Of a stretch of DNA of 64,000 nucleotides, positions 21,293 to 30,472 are shown piece by piece. Each line of letters begins with the position of its first letter. Position 1 is the stretch's first letter. The stretch covers positions 96,001 through 160,000 of the forward strand of contig OZ245046.1 in NCBI GenBank assembly GCA_965224245.1, given 5' to 3'. The stretch comes from Candidatus Eiseniibacteriota bacterium. Its GTDB lineage: Bacteria > Eisenbacteria > RBG-16-71-46 > CAZAMP01. The position numbers and the translations under genes are program-made. The notes under the pieces were generated by a model. It was not told the DNA's origin, did not search any database, and worked only from the letters and a program-made list of their open reading frames with translations.

Positions 21293-21820
21293 ATGCGTGC
21301 CACACTGATCCTCGCCGCGGCGTTGACGCTCTCGCTGACCGCGGTCGCCGCCGGCGCGGAGAAGCCGGTCAACGTCAGCCTGTTCAATCCCGTCCAGCTC
21401 GTGAACGAGACCGACGACGTCCGTGGCGTGCGACTGAACCTGATCTATGGACGCAACGTGAACGTGACCGGACTCGACATCGGGTTCATCGCCGGTCACG
21501 CCACCGGCAACTTCTCCGGTGTCCAGTGGCATCCCATCAACCTCGTGGACGGCTCCTTCACCGGCTGGCAGAACGGCTGGCTTCTGGCGAGAACGCGCGG
21601 AGACTTCGTCGGCGTGCAGAGTGCATCGATCAACATCGGGAGCTCGCGAAACGAAGGGATCCAGTTCGGACTGGTGAACGTCGCGGCGGAGACGAGCGGG
21701 ATTCAGATCGGCATCGTGAACGTCACGGACCGCATGTACGGGCTGCAGATCGGACTCGTGAACGTCATCGAGTCCAAGGACTCGCTACCGATCCTGCCCA
21801 TCGTCAACTGGCGGTTCTGA
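21293..21820 (+). CDS. Secreted surface-repeat protein (LA_2272-like GxQxGxVN repeats)
   Basis: RBS AGGAG, signal peptide, repeats GIQFGLVN/GIQIGIVN/GLQIGLVN, terminal LPIVNWRF. Confidence 0.85.
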   Translation: MRATLILAAALTLSLTAVAAGAEKPVNVSLFNPVQLVNETDDVRGVRLNLIYGRNVNVTGLDIGFIAGHATGNFSGVQWHPINLVDGSFTGWQNGWLLARTRGDFVGVQSASINIGSSRNEGIQFGLVNVAAETSGIQIGIVNVTDRMYGLQIGLVNVIESKDSLPILPIVNWRF

Positions 21821-21887
21821 CGGTCTCGGAAACTCGTGGAGGATGTGCGGCGTCCGACGATGCGTGCGCCGCGAGTGATCGTCGGTG

Positions 21888-22691
21888 TCAGCGTGATGTC
21901 TCGAGGCCGTGATCCCTCGCGTACCGATCGCGCACCTCCTGGGCGGCGATGTAGAGCGTCGGGTCGGCCCCGAACACCTCCGCGAGCACGGCCGGCGCCT
22001 CCGTGGGCGAGACCTCGGTCGTCACCGGTGAGCCCGGCGCGTAGCGGGTCAGCTTGCCGTCGCGCAGGCTCGTGAACACGTCGTCCACGTAGCCGGCGTA
22101 CGCGAGGCGGTAGAGGAAGCTGTGCGGGATCGCCCAGTCGTTGGCGGCGGTTATGAAGGATCGCAGCTCGTCGAGGACGCGCGGCGTCGGGTCGAGCGTC
22201 TTCGCCGGTCCGGGGTTCCGTGTGACCACGATGCCGTCCTCACCGACGTCGTACACGAACTTCTCCCGGTGGGTGTCGAGCGCGAACGACTGGAAGAGCG
22301 GATACGCCCGGAAGATCGGCGCCGCATACCCCACGTCGGCGTAGAACGGGCCCTCCGGCAGCTCGACGCGCACGCAGCAGTGGCCCGGGTCCATGTACAT
22401 GTAGGCGACGTCGTAGCCCAGCTCCTCGAGGAGCGCGTGAAGCCCGCGCGCGAGCGTCCAGCAGAGACCGCCCGCCCGACGCGTGACGATTCGATCCACG
22501 TACTCGTCGAGGGGTGGCAGGAAGTCGCCGCGACGGCGCCCGGGCTCGTAATCGATGAGCTTGCTGAGCGTTTCGAAGGGCACGCGAGTCTGGTGGCGGC
22601 GTACGATCCGGTGGAGGTACCCGAGCGACGGCGGCTCTCGCGGAAGCTCGAGGTGCGCCAGGAACGGGTCGGCGATGCGGGGCGTCGTCAT
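21888..22691 (-). CDS. Arylamine N-acetyltransferase family protein
   Basis: VPFETL, RRAGGLCW (catalytic Cys), GHCC (His), ADVGY (Asp). Confidence 0.85.
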   Translation of the reverse strand: MTTPRIADPFLAHLELPREPPSLGYLHRIVRRHQTRVPFETLSKLIDYEPGRRRGDFLPPLDEYVDRIVTRRAGGLCWTLARGLHALLEELGYDVAYMYMDPGHCCVRVELPEGPFYADVGYAAPIFRAYPLFQSFALDTHREKFVYDVGEDGIVVTRNPGPAKTLDPTPRVLDELRSFITAANDWAIPHSFLYRLAYAGYVDDVFTSLRDGKLTRYAPGSPVTTEVSPTEAPAVLAEVFGADPTLYIAAQEVRDRYARDHGLETSR

Positions 22692-23042
22692 TCAGCCTCT
22701 CGGTGGGCGCCGGCGCCGGGCTCGGCGTGGATCCGTTCAAGGGAGACACTGCGCGCTGAAGCGCGGACCGCGCGATCACGTTGCGAGGGCAACAACTCAC
22801 AGGTCGAACCGTGGGCGCCGTCTCGCCCCGTGCCCCGTGGGCTCATCGTCGTGAACGGGGAGTATCCGCGACAACCGGACGGCAGACCAGCATGATGATG
22901 GGAATCCGCAAGCTCGTCGTCCGGGTCCTCGACACGTGTGGCCGTCGGATGAGGCGGCTGCCGATCGGCTGCCCCGGTCGACTGACGCTGCGAGACGACG
23001 AGGACGAGGGTATCACGGCCTCGCCGTCCCCACGATCCGTGC

Positions 23043-23801
23043 TCACTCCGTCTGAAACTCCGTCTCCGTGATCGTCTTGTTGCCGTGTTCGTCGACGGCC
23101 AGCACCTCCGCTTTGTAGGACGTACCGGGGTGTACGAAGGCGTCCGGTACGTCGAAGGAGGTCGCGTCGGGCGCCAGCTCGGCTTCGAGACCGAGGTCTC
23201 GGTCCTCGTCGCTGACGATCACCTCGAAGTACTCCATCCCGGCGATGGCGTCCCACTCGATCACCAGGCCGGTGGCCGGCACCGAGCTACCGGACGTCGG
23301 CGTCATCACCGGGGCGGGCGGCAGGGTGTGCGACAGATAGCTGTCGCCGCTCAGCACGTCGCCGTCCACCGAGAGAGCCACGATCGTGTACTCGCCTTCC
23401 GGGAACCGCTCGAGCACCTCGGCCGGGCTCGGCTCCGCGCTCTCGAATCGGAGCTCCGTCAGACCGAGCTCACTCAGCTCGCCCTTCGCCTTGAAGTCGA
23501 CGAGGCGTCGCCCCCCGGGGCCGATGAGCCGGGCGCGTCGCCATCCGTCACCGTCCATGAAGAGCTGAAGACCGAGATCGTCGTCGGTGGAGTTGAACTC
23601 GAAGAAGACATCGGCTTCCGAGAGCTCTCCCCCGCCGCCGCGGGTGAGCAAGTCCTCGATCTGTTCGTCAGAGAGCTCGGTGGCGTTCGTCTCGACCGGC
23701 CCCGGGGCGCCCGGAGCGGAGGCCGGTGGGGTATCGCATCCCAGGAGCGCGACGGCGCCGAGGATGGAGCCCAGAAGGACGGAGTGGGGGGTCGCGTTCA
23801 T
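23043..23801 (-). CDS. Putative lipoprotein with Ig/FnIII-like domains
   Basis: RBS GAGGAG; lipobox ALLGC-D; C-terminal FnIII-like YKAEVLAVDEHGNKT. Confidence 0.8.
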   Translation of the reverse strand: MNATPHSVLLGSILGAVALLGCDTPPASAPGAPGPVETNATELSDEQIEDLLTRGGGGELSEADVFFEFNSTDDDLGLQLFMDGDGWRRARLIGPGGRRLVDFKAKGELSELGLTELRFESAEPSPAEVLERFPEGEYTIVALSVDGDVLSGDSYLSHTLPPAPVMTPTSGSSVPATGLVIEWDAIAGMEYFEVIVSDEDRDLGLEAELAPDATSFDVPDAFVHPGTSYKAEVLAVDEHGNKTITETEFQTE

Positions 23802-24107
23802 GTCGTCTCCTCTCGGTGGTGGTCCGGGTCACACCCGACATTGAACGCAGCGGAGATGAACGGCACATGAGAGGACGCAGAAGTCGCGGCGCGGCTCCAC
23901 CAGAGGCGAAAGAGATCGGCCGTGTCGCCCGGCTCGACGAGAGGATACACGCGGCCGAAATGGCACGACACGACCTGGCACGAAGCACCGCATGCGGGGC
24001 CGGCGTCGGGGAGGTACGACGTCCGGCCGCGAATCTCCAACGGGTGCTCGTCCGTCGCGTCACTCGTATCAGGCGAGTGGTGACCGGCCGCTCTCTCCGG
24101 CGCCCGG

Positions 24108-27029
24108 CTAGCTCCGGTACTTGTCCTTCTTGCTCGCTCCCTTGCCATCGGGGTCGGGGAACAGCTCGCGGCGAGCGAGTCGCTTCGCATCCAGCCGCTG
24201 CGGCTTCGCGGGACTCACCTTGCGCCGCTTCGCCTCCTTGGCAACCACACGGAGCCAGGCGGATGATGGCTGTGCGGGTGTGGTGCGTCTCGGCTCGGTG
24301 ACGCGGGGTTCGCGATGCTTCCGCTCGCAGTCTCGGAGACACCGTTCCAGCGACTTGCGATCCAGTCGGAGGCGCTTCAAGCGCCGGGCCAGCTTGGAGC
24401 TCGAGCCGATCGACCCGAGGGCACACCGCAGGAAACGGCAGAACGTGTCACCGCTCGGGTCGGCGACCGGCCGGTCTCCGCCGAGGAAGATGCCCGCACT
24501 CAACGTCTTCTCGCGCGTGAAGCGTTCTCCCGCGCTCGCGTAGCCGGTAGCCCGGACGCGAATGCGATGGAGCCCCGCGGTCCCGGCGATGAGCAGTCCC
24601 GCGAACGTGCCTTCGCCGTCCGGCTCGAGCTCGACGCGCATCTCGGAGCCGTCCGGCGCGACGATCTCGGCCCACACGTGGGCGCGTCCCGCGAACGGTG
24701 CCTGGTACTCGAGCAGCCTCGCCTGGAGATCGATGGGTGCACCGGGCTCGAAAGATGTCTGTAGCGCGCGAGCGTCGAACGTCACGTTCGACGTGGCGTG
24801 AACGAGGCAGCTCCACGGAACGGCGCCTCGGAGAAGAGACTCGAAGCGACCCAGCTCATCGTCTCGCATCGACTTCAGGTCGATGTGCTCCCGCTTCCGG
24901 AGAGAGAAGACAGCCTTCCACGTTCCCCCGTGGGACGACGACGGCTTCGCGGGATCGGCGGGAAGGACGAGTCGCCACGCCTGCATCTCGGGGTGCGCGA
25001 CGTGCGTCACGTTCGGCATGCCGGCCGCGGAGCCCACGTCGATCACGTCCCCTCCGGGTGTGACGAGCGAGAGATCGAGCCACGGCGCCAGCGGGCAGAG
25101 CGCAATCACGTCGACATACGTGTCTGCGTTCGATAGCGGGATGTCGAGCACCTGGCGGGCACCCCAGGTGAGCGCCCCCTCGGGGTCGAGAACGACGTTC
25201 TGACTCTGCACACCGGCCAGAATCTGAAGGAAGTACTTCGTCAGAAGGAATCTCTCGGCCTCCGAGTGGAGCTCGCCGGTGATGACGAGGTCCCCACCGG
25301 TGTTGGTCGTGATCCGGTTGAGCACGTCGTCGGATACGTGTCCCGGAAGGCCGAACCCGATCGCGTACGTCGAGGACGTGACGGTTCCCGCCGGTAGCTC
25401 GTCGACGTACGGGTGGACGTTCTCGTTTCCATCGGTCAGAACGAGCATCGCCTCCCGCGCGTGGGTGGCGCCGGCGAGCATCGCGGCGCCCGCCTCGACT
25501 CCGAGACCGATGCCGGTGGTTCCACGAGGATCGAGATCTCCGCCGGGGTCGAGTGCGGTTCCCAGGCCGGCCGAAGCGGGGCCGAACGCGAGCACCTCCA
25601 CCGCGACGTCGTCGAACCCGACGAGCCCGATCTCGTCGCCCGGGTCGAGGAGGGCGTGGAAGACGCTCACCGCGGACCTCATGAGCTCCGAACGCGTCAT
25701 CGCGCCTCCGGCTTCGGCGGCCATGCTGCCCGATCGGTCGAGCACCATCGCAATCGAGGTGCCGACACGCGGCACGATCTCCGACGTCAGCGTGATGGTC
25801 CACGTCCCGAGGACCAGCTCGTCGCCTTCGCTCGCGGTGTAGTAGCCCTCGTCGTCGACGATGTACGCCTCGATCTCGACACTGCCCGGCGTGGTATCTC
25901 CGCCGGAGCCGTCGAACTGCACCCAGACCAGCGCGTCGACGGGGTCCGGGTCGTAGTCCGTGTCGATGACGAACTCCGAGCCCAGGCTCGTGAGCGCGTA
26001 CGGGGCGCCCGAGATCGCGGTGATGCGAAAGCGCGTCGGCCGACACGTCTGCACGCGGAAGCGAACGGCACGGTAAGCGGTCAGTCCCTCGGGGACGTCG
26101 TCGAAAGCGAGCGAGAGACCCGACTCGAGTGAGATCTCCGGGAGATCGGTGTCATACCAGACCCCGTCGCCGTGCATGGCGTGTCCGTCGACGACGTCTT
26201 CCGGATTGGTCGTGCCGGGCCACGGTGGGGTCCCGAGCCCGAAGACCATGGGGGCGCCCTCGACGTGTCCGGTCGCGCCGGAGGTGTTGACGTAACGGTC
26301 GGCCACGGACGGGTCGTTGCGTCCCTGCCAGAGCGACCACATGCGGTCGATGGCGGCGTGGTGGAGAAAGAAGACGGGGTCGTTGGGGGAGCTGGCCGTG
26401 ATCATGTTGCCGTTGCACCAGCGATGGACGAGGTTGTGAATGCTCTCGGAGCGACTTCGATGCGTCTCGTAGGGCACGTCGTCGATGGCCTGTCGGAACG
26501 CCCAGCTCGTGCCCGTGACGGCCGTGTCGTTCTCGGGCAAGCTCGGCGCATCGGAGCGCGTGCCGAACGAGCGCTGCAGGAAGTCGGGCTCACCGCCATC
26601 CTTCACGGTGATGTCCCAGTCCTCGGGATCGAACGCGTGCGGATATGCGGCCGGGTCGGCGCCGGGGTCACGTTTCACCCTGTCGCTGTCGGCGGGGTCT
26701 CCGTTCGGACCGAGGAAGTCGTAGGTGAACGGGTATCCGTCGTCGCCCGGGTCGTGGGCGCGTGTCCAGTCCCAGTAGGGTACGCGAATCCCGAGCTCCT
26801 GCTCGAGCTGCCACAGCAGCTCCCGATGCCAGGGAAAGAAGGCGGAGTCTCCGTGCGCGGGATCGGGAGACGTGCTCATCGCATCTCGGTGAATCTCGAC
26901 GTAGTCGTCATACCTGGACTGCGCACCCGGGTGTAGCACGCTGTCGACCTCGCGAAGCGCGTAGAGCGCTTCCACGTAGAGTCGTTTCTCGGTGTCCGTG
27001 AGGTTCTTGACGTTCTTGCGGCATTTCAT
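24108..27029 (-). CDS. Tyrosinase (type-3 copper) domain fused to vWA and Ig-like domains
   Basis: Start MKCRKNV after GGGAG; CuA YVEIH...AHGDSAFFPWHR; CuB IHNLVHRW...DPVFFLHHAAIDRMW; vWA MIDAS VLDRSGSM...GTTGIG...LTDGNEN; no signal peptide seen. Confidence 0.9.
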   Translation of the reverse strand: MKCRKNVKNLTDTEKRLYVEALYALREVDSVLHPGAQSRYDDYVEIHRDAMSTSPDPAHGDSAFFPWHRELLWQLEQELGIRVPYWDWTRAHDPGDDGYPFTYDFLGPNGDPADSDRVKRDPGADPAAYPHAFDPEDWDITVKDGGEPDFLQRSFGTRSDAPSLPENDTAVTGTSWAFRQAIDDVPYETHRSRSESIHNLVHRWCNGNMITASSPNDPVFFLHHAAIDRMWSLWQGRNDPSVADRYVNTSGATGHVEGAPMVFGLGTPPWPGTTNPEDVVDGHAMHGDGVWYDTDLPEISLESGLSLAFDDVPEGLTAYRAVRFRVQTCRPTRFRITAISGAPYALTSLGSEFVIDTDYDPDPVDALVWVQFDGSGGDTTPGSVEIEAYIVDDEGYYTASEGDELVLGTWTITLTSEIVPRVGTSIAMVLDRSGSMAAEAGGAMTRSELMRSAVSVFHALLDPGDEIGLVGFDDVAVEVLAFGPASAGLGTALDPGGDLDPRGTTGIGLGVEAGAAMLAGATHAREAMLVLTDGNENVHPYVDELPAGTVTSSTYAIGFGLPGHVSDDVLNRITTNTGGDLVITGELHSEAERFLLTKYFLQILAGVQSQNVVLDPEGALTWGARQVLDIPLSNADTYVDVIALCPLAPWLDLSLVTPGGDVIDVGSAAGMPNVTHVAHPEMQAWRLVLPADPAKPSSSHGGTWKAVFSLRKREHIDLKSMRDDELGRFESLLRGAVPWSCLVHATSNVTFDARALQTSFEPGAPIDLQARLLEYQAPFAGRAHVWAEIVAPDGSEMRVELEPDGEGTFAGLLIAGTAGLHRIRVRATGYASAGERFTREKTLSAGIFLGGDRPVADPSGDTFCRFLRCALGSIGSSSKLARRLKRLRLDRKSLERCLRDCERKHREPRVTEPRRTTPAQPSSAWLRVVAKEAKRRKVSPAKPQRLDAKRLARRELFPDPDGKGASKKDKYRS

Positions 27030-27279
27030 GGGGGTGCTCCCTGCATTTGTGGGGCTCTTTCCTCGAAGAGCCGGCACCGGATCCGTGGCATGGGATTCGT
27101 CCGGCGCCCGGTGGCGCCGCACTCGTTCAATACGATCGCGAGGAGCGTCGGTCCGACAGGGTGACGGCGCCGGCGCTCGCGGTACCGAGGCTGGACGGGG
27201 CTGTGTGGCGTGGTGCTCGCAATGGGTCGCTCGTGCCTGCGGACCGCACTGGCGGTTCGATGGGTGCCGCCAGACGCTC

Positions 27280-27490
27280 GATTGAGTTCATTATATAACA
27301 AGTAGTACTGCAAAATCAACATAGATTGGGTCATCACAAGTGGAGTTCGGAGAAGTGGGTAGGTGCGACAGTGTGAGAGCTAAAATATTTATAAATAGTG
27401 ATTTGAATGGATCCAGTACGTTCGCACCAGGTGAAGCCGGTCAATCTGTCTTCCAAAGACAGAATATGATGACCGTATCATCGTTTAAGT
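27280..27490. other. AT-rich intergenic island between divergent genes
   Basis: Abrupt compositional switch (e.g. TTCATTATATAACAAGTAG, TAAAATATTTATAAATAG) in a GC-rich background. Confidence 0.75.
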
Positions 27491-27740
27491 AGCCGTTCGC
27501 TCGGCGTCCCTCGCGGCGCCCCCCGTGCCGAACGCGCGGCGCACCGACCATGCCTGGACGCTCACCGCGTGGCACCCGATCGTGGCGGTTTCCCACCCAC
27601 TTCGACGCGTAGTGTAACGACCGGAAGAGGCCTGCCGGACACGGCCGCGCCGCCCGGCTCCGCCCGCGTCGTCGCGGAGCTCGTACAGCCGGCTTCTGCC
27701 GTGTTGCTTGCAGACCATGATCCCGAACCCGAGGGTGGCC

Positions 27741-28289
27741 ATGCTCCACAGACTCCCGTGGGCGCTCGCGCTCGCGCTCGTCGCAGCTGCCGTCGGTCTC
27801 CGCGGAGCCGAGCCCACCGAGCTCGTCCGCGGCGCCGTCTCCGGTGGCGTGGCCTCCACGACCGACGGCAGCGTGATCCTCGAGGGGACGATCGCAGAGG
27901 CCGGGGTCGTCGGAAGGACCGGCGACGGCTCCGTCGAGTTGATCGAGGGCTTCTGGCTCCCACCGCTCGTGCTGCTGGACGCCGACCTGCCGGTGGGGCC
28001 GCTCCTTCCCACCGCGCCCGAGATGCGACGCCCCATGCCGAACCCGCTCCGGGCGGCGACCGTGATTCCGTACGCGGTCTCCGAGCCGGGCACGGTGCGC
28101 ATGCACGTCTACGACATCTTCGGTCGCCGCGTGCGCACGCTCGTCGACCGGCCGCACATGGCCGGCTGGTTCCTGGCGCGCTGGGACGGACGCGACACCG
28201 ACGGCCTCAGCGTCGGTAACGGCGTGTACTACGTTCGCACGCGCATCGGCGACTGGGCGCGTACCACCAAGGTCGTCGTGACCCGATGA
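27741..28289 (+). CDS. Small secreted protein: short G-rich 'GTI...GFW' N-domain plus FlgD-Ig/T9SS-like CTD
   Basis: Signal peptide; LEGTIAEAGVVG...LIEGFW; PNPL...YDIFGRRVRTL...WDGRD...GVYY...KVVVTR; stop overlaps the next start (ATGA). Confidence 0.85.
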   Translation: MLHRLPWALALALVAAAVGLRGAEPTELVRGAVSGGVASTTDGSVILEGTIAEAGVVGRTGDGSVELIEGFWLPPLVLLDADLPVGPLLPTAPEMRRPMPNPLRAATVIPYAVSEPGTVRMHVYDIFGRRVRTLVDRPHMAGWFLARWDGRDTDGLSVGNGVYYVRTRIGDWARTTKVVVTR

Positions 28290-30361
28290 ACGCGAATCAC
28301 CACCACACGAAAACCGGAGCCACATCCATGCGAGCACTCACCATCACGGCGCTCCTGACGAGTATCGTCGCGCTCGATGCGCGCGCCCAGAACGAGATCG
28401 GTCCCGGTGAGGGTCCCACCCGGCTCCCGCTGGACGAGCCGCGTGCGGCCGCCGTCGTACCGGGTCGGATGGGCTTCCAGGGCTTCTTGACCGACACCGG
28501 CGGCTCACCGCTGGATGGCATGGTCAACCTGGATCTGGCGCTCTACTCGACGGACAGCGGTGGGACCGAGTTCTGGGCCGAGACGCAGACGGACGTCATC
28601 GTGAGTCAGGGCATCTTCTCGATCCAGCTCGGCGCCGTGTCGCCCCTCGTTCCGGGCGACTTCGACGGATCCGCCATCTATCTCGGCATCCGCGTGGACG
28701 GCGGCGCGGAGATGGTTCCCCGCACCGAGCTCCTCACGAGCCCGTACGCCTTCCACTCGCTGGACGCCGACCAGCTCGGCGGAATGGGGCCGGCGGGCTA
28801 CGTCGAGACCGCCGGCGACGACATGAGCGGTCCGCTCGGACTCCACGGTGGTGTCCAGGCGCTCACCCACGGAGGAGTCTCGGAGCGCGTGTCGTCGACC
28901 ACCGACATCATCGTTCGGAAGTACTACTTCGATGGACAGGCCGATGGATGGAGCCGGGAGGCGCGAATCGTTCTGTCGTTCAACGGAGTCGGGGACACGC
29001 CGACCGGTGGCGCCGGAACGGCTACCGTGTACCTCAACGGTGCCGTTCACACGATCATCGACGTTTCGGCGAGCGGGGGACGTGCGTGGACGTACGTCGT
29101 GGACCTCGGAACGCTCGCGAACAACTGGAGCGCCGACGTGTACGTGCGCTCCGACGACCCGGCCTCGCCGATGTTCATCCGCGACATCTCGCTCGACCTC
29201 GGGGGTAGCGTGCTCGCGCCATCCGGCAACACGCTGGACGAGGCTTACGACGAGGGCGGGTTCGGTGAGGGTCGCACCATCAACGCCACCTCGGGGGCGG
29301 TCGAGATCACCGGGAGCGGAGGTCTCGAGGCACACGACCACGTGTATGCGGGTGCAGCGTCCGCTCAGACCGGCCACGTGCACGTCTACGGCAGCTTCGC
29401 GGCGGATCCGCTCGTCGAGCTGACCACCCGCAACAGCGGTGGCGCGGTCTACATCCGCGACAACAACGAAGTGCGCATGCACTACTACGAGACCGACGGC
29501 TCCACGGGTGGCGGCGCATGGTGGGGGGTCTACGGCAACACGAGCTTCAGCGGGTACGTCAACATCGACGGAAACGTCGCGGGGACGGGGAACCCCTTGA
29601 TGACGATTGCCGGCTCCGGAAGCACCACGCGTTTCGACACGCGCGAGGCGGGTGATGACGCCGTGGAGCTTCCCGCAGCGTCCGTGAGCGCCGCCGAGAT
29701 CTCCGACGAGCCGGGTCTCTCACAGGGGCGGTCGTCAGGGAACGTCGCCATCACCGAGACGGCCACCATGCAGGACGTCGTGACGACGACGATCACGATC
29801 CCGGCGCCGGGCTACATTCACGTGACGGCGTCGGCGCAGTTCCGCATGACGGGAGTGGGAACGTCAGACTACGTCGGGTTTCAGATCGACGAGACCGAGG
29901 GCGGTTCGCAGGACACCAACTACTACCAATACGCCGGCTGGAGCAGCGACGCTGGCGGGGACGGCACGCACTACCGACCCGGGCACGCACAGCGGACCTA
30001 CTACAAGAGCACCGCGGGAACGTACACGTTCCGGCTCGAGGCCCGAGACGCGTCGGGAGCGTCGACGAAGTATGCCTGGAACCCCGTGGTCACGGCGCTC
30101 TATGTTCCGACGTCGTACGGAACCGTTCAGGTCCGGGTGAGTGAACCGGAGCTCGCCGGGTTCGGCGACGTCGAGCACGGCTCGACCGGAACGAACGGAC
30201 CCGGGACGGCCGATCGTGTGTCCGCCGTCGTCGATCTGAGAGAGCTGGAGCTGCGCGTCGCTCGCGCCGAGGCGGAGGCGAGGTCGGCCCGGATGGCCCT
30301 CCTCGAGGCGCAGCTCGCGGATGGGGGCAACGGGCCTCAGCGGTCGGTCACGTCGAGGTGA
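28286..30361 (+). CDS. Secreted fibre-like protein without CTD (FQGFLTD N-domain, C-terminal coiled coil)
   Basis: Signal peptide (alternative start 28328); MGFQGFLTDTGGSPLDG...GIFSIQLG...PRTELLTSPYAF; beta-rich G/T/S body; terminal DLRELELRVARAEAEARSARMALLEAQL. Confidence 0.82.
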   Translation: MNANHHHTKTGATSMRALTITALLTSIVALDARAQNEIGPGEGPTRLPLDEPRAAAVVPGRMGFQGFLTDTGGSPLDGMVNLDLALYSTDSGGTEFWAETQTDVIVSQGIFSIQLGAVSPLVPGDFDGSAIYLGIRVDGGAEMVPRTELLTSPYAFHSLDADQLGGMGPAGYVETAGDDMSGPLGLHGGVQALTHGGVSERVSSTTDIIVRKYYFDGQADGWSREARIVLSFNGVGDTPTGGAGTATVYLNGAVHTIIDVSASGGRAWTYVVDLGTLANNWSADVYVRSDDPASPMFIRDISLDLGGSVLAPSGNTLDEAYDEGGFGEGRTINATSGAVEITGSGGLEAHDHVYAGAASAQTGHVHVYGSFAADPLVELTTRNSGGAVYIRDNNEVRMHYYETDGSTGGGAWWGVYGNTSFSGYVNIDGNVAGTGNPLMTIAGSGSTTRFDTREAGDDAVELPAASVSAAEISDEPGLSQGRSSGNVAITETATMQDVVTTTITIPAPGYIHVTASAQFRMTGVGTSDYVGFQIDETEGGSQDTNYYQYAGWSSDAGGDGTHYRPGHAQRTYYKSTAGTYTFRLEARDASGASTKYAWNPVVTALYVPTSYGTVQVRVSEPELAGFGDVEHGSTGTNGPGTADRVSAVVDLRELELRVARAEAEARSARMALLEAQLADGGNGPQRSVTSR

Positions 30362-30472
30362 CGGGTCTCGTGGGACGGCCCGCGGGTCGAGACTGATGGC
30401 ATGGGGCGTGCCGGTCGGTGGAGAGACGGCGGGGTTGCCGAGTGACGACCATCGCGAACGCGGCGCGGAGAT

